From contig NC_042998.1 of NCBI RefSeq assembly GCF_006345805.1, forward strand, positions 6,944,001-7,008,000: DNA of 64,000 bases, written 5' to 3'. Under the pieces are notes generated by a model that saw only the letters and a program-made list of their open reading frames with translations, made no database searches and was not told the origin of the DNA. This stretch comes from Octopus sinensis (lineage: Eukaryota). Below are positions 56,055 to 64,000 of this stretch, piece by piece (the stretch's first letter is position 1; the number at the start of each line of letters is the position of its first letter). The translations under genes were made by a program, and so were the position numbers.

Positions 56055-56468
56055 TACTCTTTACTCTTTTTACTCTTTTACTTGTTTCAGTCATTTGACT
56101 GTGGCCATGCTGGAGCACCGCCTTTAGTCGAGCAAATCGACCCCGGGACTTATTCTTTTTTTGTAAGCCCAGTACTTATTCTATCGGTCTCTTTTTGCCG
56201 AACTGCTAAGTGACGGGGACGTAAACACACCAGCATCGGTTGTCAAGCAATGCTAGGGGGACAAACACAGACACACAAACAAACACACATACATATATAT
56301 ATATATACATATATACGACAGGCTTCTTTCAGTTTCCGTCTACCAAATCCACTCAAGGCTTTGGTCGGCCCGAAGCTATAGCAGAAGACACTTGCCCAAG
56401 ATGCCACGCAGTGGGACTGAACCCGGAACCATGTGGTTGGTTAGCAAGCTACTTACCACACAGCCACT
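56055..56468 (-). mobile_element. Family A SINE, near full length
   Basis: Reverse complement matches 32897-33305. Confidence 0.9.
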
Positions 56469-57540
56469 TTTGAATGTAGAAAGTCAAGAACCAGAACAAA
56501 CAGCTCAAAACATCCTGTTTGAAACTAATAATTCTAGTCGCTTCTTCAGAGAAATGGGATTAGATGAAGTGTTAAGTATAATGTCAAGGAAGTAAGTCCT
56601 TCTAGAAGTGAAAAGAAGAGGGAAAATTTATGCAGTGGAATCAAGTTAGATAAGTATGTTTAGAATAGCAGCAGGGTTGTCTTCACAGCATCAGTAAGTC
56701 CCTGAACACAGCTATGAATGGTGGGGGCCTTACATACACAACCACAGCATGTATGGATTGGCATTGAGCTCTTACACTTGAAGAAATCCTCAAGCAGCTA
56801 CCCAGTGAGGCCATAACTTAAGATAGCACCAAGGAGTAGAGAGCATTGTAGTAATAACAAAAGAAAGAATACATACAAATTCCATGATGAACGGTATTGA
56901 TGAATGAAAGTTTGCCAAATAAAAGCAAAGTCTTTTATGGGGTTGTGATCTTCAGTATGAATAACTCCGATTGGTTCACTTTCTAATATGAATTTGGAAG
57001 CATTTTTTCATGCTCAGAATTGTCGAAACTTAGAATAAACTATTCACAGTGGTTATTATCCTACAAAACTCCGCCCACTTAAAAAATTCCAAATTTCCCA
57101 AAATTTTTCAACACTACCCTTGACATACTTATGCACCCTTTCCTCTCTATGATTCCTTTACTATTCATTTATCAGTCGTTTTTGTTGTTGTTGTTTTATC
57201 TCATGTACTGTTCGTGTACTGTTAGTTACCATTGTTATCCTTCTTTACCTGACTTATTGCTGCTTTTTATCCTTTCTTTTACTCTTTTCTAATGAGTTTT
57301 ACTCTTGTGTACTGTATACACTAACATCTCCTTTTTAATCATTAGCACATAAGGTCAAATACCCAGTAACATTTCTTTCAGTTCTATATGTCCTGAGTTC
57401 AAATGCTGCTGAGATTAACTTTACCTTTCATCCTTTCAGGGACAATAAAATAAGTACCAATTGAGTACTGGAGGTGATGTAATCAACTTACCACCCACCC
57501 TGAGCTTTCTGCTAAAATTGCAAAACATTATTATTAATAA

Positions 57541-57584
<44 letters not shown>

Positions 57585-58123
57585 GAGTGAGAGAGCAGTG
57601 CATGCCATCAAAGTGACACTGGGGTAAAATATACGAAGCCCACTATACCCATCACGACTACCCGTCTGATAAGGGTACACTAGGCACATGCATCACAACC
57701 ATATGTGCGCAACATGGTGATCTCATAGCAAGATAAACAGCACGACCTTGCAGGTGGGGCCCAGGTAGGATTTTCTTCAGGTAGAGTAACCCATCCCGCT
57801 CAAAAGGGTTGTTTAAGGATGTTGAACAAAACACCCATGTTTCCAGAAATTAATTATTCAAACCCTAAAGAATCCCTCTCAACACATGGCTATGATGCTC
57901 CCCCACTACTTCTGCTCGTGATCAGAGATGCACATATCGGCAGCCATTAAGAGACATGCTCAACTGGTTAAAGTCAAACAACTGACAAGCAAATCTGTGG
58001 TATTGAGCAGAATATTTGCTATAGCCCATCTTTTATACCAAGACAAAACAATGTACATGATAACACTTCCAATCAGTTAAGATCAGAAGCCATGAGAGCC
58101 ACTGCCTGGTACTGCATCAGGGC
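57585..58123 (-). mobile_element. (TAA)n-targeting non-coding element, longer copy (539 bp)
   Basis: Flanked by (TTA)n on both sides. Second copy at 47441. No long ORF and no terminal inverted repeats. Confidence 0.75.
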
Positions 58124-59174
58124 ATTATTATTATTATTATTATTATCATTATTAAATATCAACAATAATCTAGTGCAAGTCATGATTGTGCCTTGTAGAG
58201 GATCAGAAACTGTTCAGTATTTTCTGTTCTTGAAAAAGAAATTCAATCCGGAAGTTTCTAAAAAATTGTAGAAAATAAAATGGCTTCATCTGTTTGACAG
58301 CCATCTGTAGTGAGTTGTAAAGGAATATAGCTACCTATATGTTATTCAAATGCTTATATCAAAATTTTCAATTTGGAACACAAACATTAATCACCAAAAC
58401 TAGCCTTTGTACCCAAATAAAACCTTATATAATGGTATTGTTGTTTTCCCTTTCTTTATGCCATTTGCCTCCTTATATTACCAGTGAACATTTTCTTGAG
58501 CTCAGAAGAAAATCAGAGACCAAAGCAGTTATGTTAGGATTGGATTTCAGAATTTCATAGAATGCCAGTCATCAAATCTCATCTAATTCTTTCTTTGACA
58601 TACTTGCAGTCCCATCTTGTTGATTTATCATTCGACACTTTATGAGGTTTTGTCCTTTTAATTCCTTCAGAACTAATAATAAACACTACTATATTAAACC
58701 CCATGTTGACTCCTACCACCTGCTTCCTAGACACACAAAAGGTCTCCGGTAAAACAATATGTTCATCTTTCAAATAAGAATTCTTGCTCATAGCAGAGAG
58801 AATAAAATAACTGAATCTATTATTTCCTTTTGTAATGCAATCTCATGCATTTTATTACTGTAAGCCTTCCTTTTAATACTAGATTTACGCAGGTCATTTT
58901 GCCTCAGTTTCCATTCTTACTTAGACATGGTTAACACACGCCATGCCACACGCATGCACACACACACAAAACCATACATTCACATGCATACATGTGTACA
59001 TGCTTTCCTATATAAATTATATATAAAAATATATAATATCTACATGTGTGAATTACGATAGAGGGAAAAAAAAAAAACAATAAACTCCTACCTTCTGACT
59101 TCAGCTGCAGCTTTAGATGTTTTCTATATTCATATACAATTTCTACTTCAAAAAGCTTAGCCATTTACATTTTG

Positions 59175-59216
<42 letters not shown>

Positions 59217-59280
59217 GGTAGGTAGGTATGTTAGGTAGGTAGGTAGATAGACAGGTAGGTAGACAGACAGACAGACAGAT

Positions 59281-59317
<37 letters not shown>

Positions 59318-59352
59318 CAGGTAGGTAGGTAGGTAGGTAGATAGATTGATAA

Positions 59353-59385
<33 letters not shown>

Positions 59386-59456
59386 CAGGTAGGTAGGTAG
59401 GTAGGTAGATAGATTGATAAAAAGATAGATAGATAGATAGATTGATAGAAAGATAG

Positions 59457-59487
<31 letters not shown>

Positions 59488-59490
59488 GGC

Positions 59491-59541
<51 letters not shown>

Positions 59542-59948
59542 TAGATAGAAAGGGAAGAAAGAGAGAGAAAGATCATCATCATCATTTCAAATTCCAATGG
59601 GTCAGATGGAATCTCTTTTTTAGGCAGATTTCTACAATCAGATGTTGTTCCTGTTGCGAAGTCTTCGCTGTTTCTAAGTGAGACAATATTTCCTCATGTT
59701 CAGATGTGTTTTCATGGAAGATCAAGAATGATGGAGAGTGCTTGGAAGACAAAGACACTCATTTACAATTATCCTGCAAAATCAGGTTATTCAGGAATGT
59801 ACTGCTCCTAATGAATGACATAGCAGCTGCTACAAGGGTAAGGGAAAAGCCTTAGGCAGAAGTAATTACAGAGGCATCAAATTGCTGGACCAGAAATTGT
59901 TTTAGCCCAGTTAATTAGGAACAGAATCGCTACTGAACCACTATTATT

Positions 59949-60341
59949 GATGGAATGGAAGCACTCCGTCGGTTACGACGATGAGGGTTCCGGTTGATCC
60001 GAATCAACGGAACAGCCTGCTCATGAAATTAACGTGTAAGTGGCTGAGCACTCCACAGACACGTGCACCCTTAATGTAGTTCTCGGGGATATTCAGCGTG
60101 ACACAGAGAGTGACAAGACCAGCCCTTTGAAATACAGGTACAACAGAAAAAGGAAGTAAGAGTGAGAGAAAGTTGTGGTGAAAGAGTACAGCATGGATCA
60201 CCACCATCCCCTGCCGGAGCGTCGTGGAGCTTTAGGTGTTTTCGCTCAATAAACACTCACAACGCCTGGTCTGGGAATCGAAACTGCGATCCTATGACCG
60301 CGAGTCCGCTGCCCTAACCACTGGGCCATTGCGCCTTCACT
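59949..60341 (-). mobile_element. Family B head with tail type 2, full length
   Basis: 13-bp TSD AACCACTATTATT at 59936-59948 and 60342-60354. Confidence 0.92.
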
Positions 60342-60714
60342 AACCACTATTATTAAAGGTGGCACAACTGATGCTATCTTTATAGTCAGGCAACTGAAGG
60401 AGAATTATTTAATTAAGAATAAACCACTGTATTTGGCATTTGATGCCCTGGAGGAAACTTTTGACAGAGTGCCCTACTGTGTGGTATGGTGGGCTTTGAG
60501 AAAGCTAGGGGCTGACGAGTGATTTTGTGAAAGCTGTATTGACCATGTGCAGGGGTTCTGTCAGTAAGGTGAGGGTTAACCATGAGTACAGGGATGAATT
60601 TAGCGTACAGGTAGGCATTCATCGGGATTTATTTCTCATTCTCTTTCTATTCCTCATTGTCCTCCGGGCCATAAAAGAAGAATTCAAGACAGGCTTCCTC
60701 TGGGAACTGTTACA

Positions 60715-61143
60715 TTCTTTTATTCTTTTCCTCTTTTACTTGTTTCAGTCATATGAATGTGGCCATGCTGGAGCACTGCCTTTAGTCGAACATGTCGACC
60801 CTAGGACTTATTCTTTGTCAGCCTAGTACTTATTCTATCAGTCTCTTTTGCCAAACCACTAAGTTACAGGGACGTCAACACATCAACATTAGTTGTCAAG
60901 TGATTTTGCAGGGACAAACAGACACACAAACACACACATATACATATGTATGTGTGTATATATATATATATATACACACAATGGGCTTCTTTCAGTTTCC
61001 TTCTACCAAATCCCCTCACAAGGCTTTGGCTGGCCCAAGGTTATAGTGGAAGACACTTGCCCAAGGTGCCACACAGTGGGACTGAACCCAGAACCATGTG
61101 GTTGGGAAGCAAGCTTCTTACCACACAGCCACTCCTGCACCTA
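60715..61143 (-). mobile_element. Family A SINE inserted at the WELL|YADD junction of the RTE RT
   Basis: RT codons resume with TATGCTGATGAT directly after the SINE head. Confidence 0.88.
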
Positions 61144-61528
61144 TGCTGATGATCTTGATCTAATAATAAATTCTGTTAGAGAACTAGAAAATAAATTCCA
61201 AGTGTGGAAGCAAAACCTAGAATCAAAGACTAAGGTTCTAGTAAGCAAAAAAAAGTGGGGGAAAAAAAACAGACAAAACACAACACCCATCAAGTAAATG
61301 GCCCTGCCAATATGTATGTATGAAAGGTGTGGACAAGAATTTCATACAGTGTATCCAGTATATGCTGTGGGTACACAAGAGGTGCAGTGGACTAATAGGG
61401 AGGCTAACAGAGAAATTAGTGTTTGTATGTGGGAGATGAACTGGAACCATAAAAACTACAGATACCTGAGAAAGTAAAAGATAGAAATGTGTGTGTACAC
61501 ATTTATTATTTACAAAAATCCACCATAT

Positions 61529-61613
61529 TCTCTTACAGCTGTTTCAATTAAGCCTAAAAGATTAAAATAGCAATTATAAAAATCATTATATTAGGCAAAA
61601 TCTCATCAGAGGG
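61529..61613 (-). ncRNA. Type-I hammerhead motif, intact core, long AT-rich stem II, palindromic stem III
   Basis: CCCT-CTGATGA-GATT..GCCTAA[..]TTAGGC..AATT-GAA-AC(AGCT)GT-A/AGAG. Confidence 0.68.
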
Positions 61614-61747
61614 TTAGAAAAAATATACCATTAGGTTATTAGGTGTGTTTTTGAATCATCTCAGTAGACTCATATATATATACTGTATTTTGAAATAATA
61701 GCATGAAATTTAATATCAAAAAAATTCCCCATGAAGATATATATATA

Positions 61748-61790
<43 letters not shown>

Positions 61791-61914
61791 GTATATATGA
61801 CAGTGCATCCATCATAATAGATGACCAAATAACTACCATGGACATAATTTAAATAAATAAATAAGAGAGAGAGAACCTCCCACCACAACAGGATTAAAAT
61901 CCTTAAACCAAGGT

Positions 61915-62322
61915 GTCATGTAAAAAGTATTACTGTGGGTGTTGTGCTGGTGCTATGAGTGCCAGTGATGGTGTCACAAAAAGACACTCAGTACACTCTG
62001 TAAAGTGGTCGGCATCAGGAAGGGCATCCAGCTGTAGAAACCAGGCCAAAGCGGACTATGGAACATGGTGCAGCTTCTGGCCTTGCCAGTTCCTGTCAAA
62101 CTGTCCAACCCATGCCAGCATGGTGATGGTACCACATAAAAGCACCCAATACACTTTGTAAACGAGATGGCATTAGGAAACTAAACCAAAACAGCCTTAG
62201 AAACTAAGCCAAAACAGACTCTGGAACTTGGTGTGGCCTCTAGCCTTGTCAGTTCTTGGCAAGCCATCCAACCCATGCCAGAATGGAAAACAAAGAGTAA
62301 ATGTTGATGGTAATGATGATGA
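61915..62322 (+). mobile_element. Two tandem RTE-type tail units
   Basis: Two CCAACCCATGCCAG-ending units. The first closely resembles 63340-63520. Confidence 0.75.
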
Positions 62323-62824
62323 AAACAGATGCACAAATTCCTCGTGCTTGTCCATTATTGATCAATGATGATAATAACTTCATCTATATGTCATCTGAAG
62401 AAAAGATATATTCATACAAAAGACCACTAAAACACAACTACTCCAGGTTATAACACACATTCAGTGTATCTGAAGCTGTGAAAGTGATGACATTTCATCA
62501 TCCCAGATGTGTGATGCCACCTTTGATGCTATGAAAGATACACTGTCTGTGGTTCCAAGAAGTTCTGGCTTTTAGTAATCAATGAAGACCATGACATTTC
62601 AGCAAGGAATGCAGTCACAACAAGTGGGACATTTTAGCACAACTACTTCCTTCATATACTAAAACATTCCCTGTTCCTATTACTATGGAAGGTGCAGTAT
62701 CTCATTGCTGCTCATGTGCAGAATACTTCAACAACCAACACAAGTTTTTTGACCCTGAGAAGTGTATCATGCAGTCTTAATTGCTGTACATGCATATATG
62801 TGTGTGTATATGTATGTATGTATA

Positions 62825-62861
<37 letters not shown>

Positions 62862-63051
62862 GTAGGGAGAATTCACGGAAAAAACAAAAGACAAAGACAG
62901 GTGGTGTAGAAAACAAACAGATGTATTAGTATAATGCTCTGGGATTGAAAAAATCTTTAACATTTTCAGCCTACGCTCTTCCACAGAAAAGAACACAGAA
63001 AGAAACAAGGAGAGAAAAAAATGTGTGTGGTGGCTACCGATCTATCATTGC
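62862..63051 (-). mobile_element. Copy of the 10659 hammerhead-like family between (TA)n tracts
   Basis: Colinear with 10659-10852. Degenerate motif at 62955-62990. Confidence 0.65.
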
Positions 63052-63126
63052 TATATATATATATATATATTATATATATATATATATTAAAGATGTAAAA
63101 AGGTTGAATATAGATTCATCCTTTAA

Positions 63127-63248
63127 ATTTGGAGGTAACAGTTCAAGGTGAATTACTCCTTTGCAATCCCACCAGTTAGAGAGAAGAACCTTTTCCCCAT
63201 GAAGTTCCCTTCTCAGTTGTGGTTGAGTTTTTCCCTTGTACCAAGCCA
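63127..63248 (-). mobile_element. Mariner transposase remnant
   Basis: KGKTQPQLRRELHGEKVLLSNWWDCKGVIHLELLPPN matches the mariner KV(M/L)L.VWWD..G.IH.ELLP motif. Confidence 0.8.
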
Positions 63249-63546
63249 CTAAAAAGCACTGGTACTGATGCTTCATAAAAAGCACTGGTGCTGGTATCAT
63301 ATAAAAAGCATTAGTGCTGGTGCCTCATAGAAAGACTGGTGCTGGTGCTATGAGTGCCAGTGATGGTGTCACAAAAAGACACTCAGTATACTCTGTAAAG
63401 TGGTTGGCATTAGGAAGGGCATGCAGCCGTAGAAATCAAGCCAAAACAGACTATGGAACATGGTGCAGCTTCTAGCCTTGCCAGTTCCTGTCAAACTGTC
63501 CAACCCATGCCAGCATGGAAAACGGATGTTAAATGATGATGATGAT
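63249..63546 (+). mobile_element. RTE-type tail preceded by about four ~26-bp tandem units
   Basis: Repeated AAAAAGCACTGGTGCTGGT unit, then the standard tail and (GAT)n. Confidence 0.8.
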
Positions 63547-64000
63547 GCTTTCTAGCAAAGCATACTGTGTGTTACTACTTACACTACTGGCCCTCATTGG
63601 TCTGCTGCTGCCAACTTTGAATGTGAGAAGATGAAAGTTGCTTATTTCTTCCACACTTCATTATATCCAACGTATCCTGTCCAAACGTCTCACTGGTCTT
63701 CTGGTTGTTACTTTTATACAGTCTTCTATCCATATTTTTTTTTTTTATTATTTGTCTCACTTTTGCTTTGGGAACCATTGCTTTGCTACACAGGAAGTTA
63801 CTTTGCTACACAGGAAGTTGCCAACAAAGAAGACTGAGTGTGCATAACCAACCAGAATCAAAAGGATTTAATTACTTATAACATAAATATGTAAATGTTC
63901 ATATGTATAGCATATATACATACATATATATAAACATATATATATGTATGTATGTATATATATACTCATATATACGCACACATACATATATATATCTATA

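Larger units (their letters stand above)
59780..61450 (+). mobile_element. Decayed RTE-clade LINE reverse transcriptase region, interrupted by two SINEs
   Basis: Segments in order: YKGKGKALGRSNYRGIKLLDQ, GTTDAIFIVRQL..KNKPLYLAF..FDRVP..WWALRKLG, SKVRVN..EFSVQVGIH, EEFKTG..WELL|YADDL..ELENKFQVWKQNLESK. Contains stops and frameshifts. Confidence 0.9.

Noticed and set aside
58080-58123. Possible HDV-like ribozyme at the putative 5' end of the TAA-targeting element
   Set aside because: I could not build the nested double pseudoknot. Only a simple hairpin is visible.

Overview
AT-rich animal genomic DNA that is dense in microsatellites and retroposons. The SINE families and repeat landscape suggest an octopod cephalopod (inference). 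Almost all ORFs in the six-frame track are microsatellite or SINE artefacts. I can support one host coding exon (54826-54935, +). It encodes the C-terminal part of a PH domain resembling RasGRF, so the window is probably mostly intron. Repeats seen: at least four tRNA-derived SINE head types with exchangeable tails, RTE and CR1 LINE remnants, two non-autonomous Helitrons, piggyBac-like and mariner-derived MITEs, and a (TAA)n-targeting element. Two signals stand out. (1) About 14 minimal type-I hammerhead ribozyme motifs from about 7 sequence families, mostly embedded in (TA)n runs and often in head-to-head inverted pairs. One lies in a TSD-flanked Penelope-like fragment that also carries a tRNA-like Pol III promoter. 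(2) An intact intron-containing tRNA-Lys(UUU) gene fused to a SINE-type 3' tail and apparently inserted into an older SINE. All structures were read by eye; no searches or folding programs were run. SINE family letters (A-D) are my own labels.
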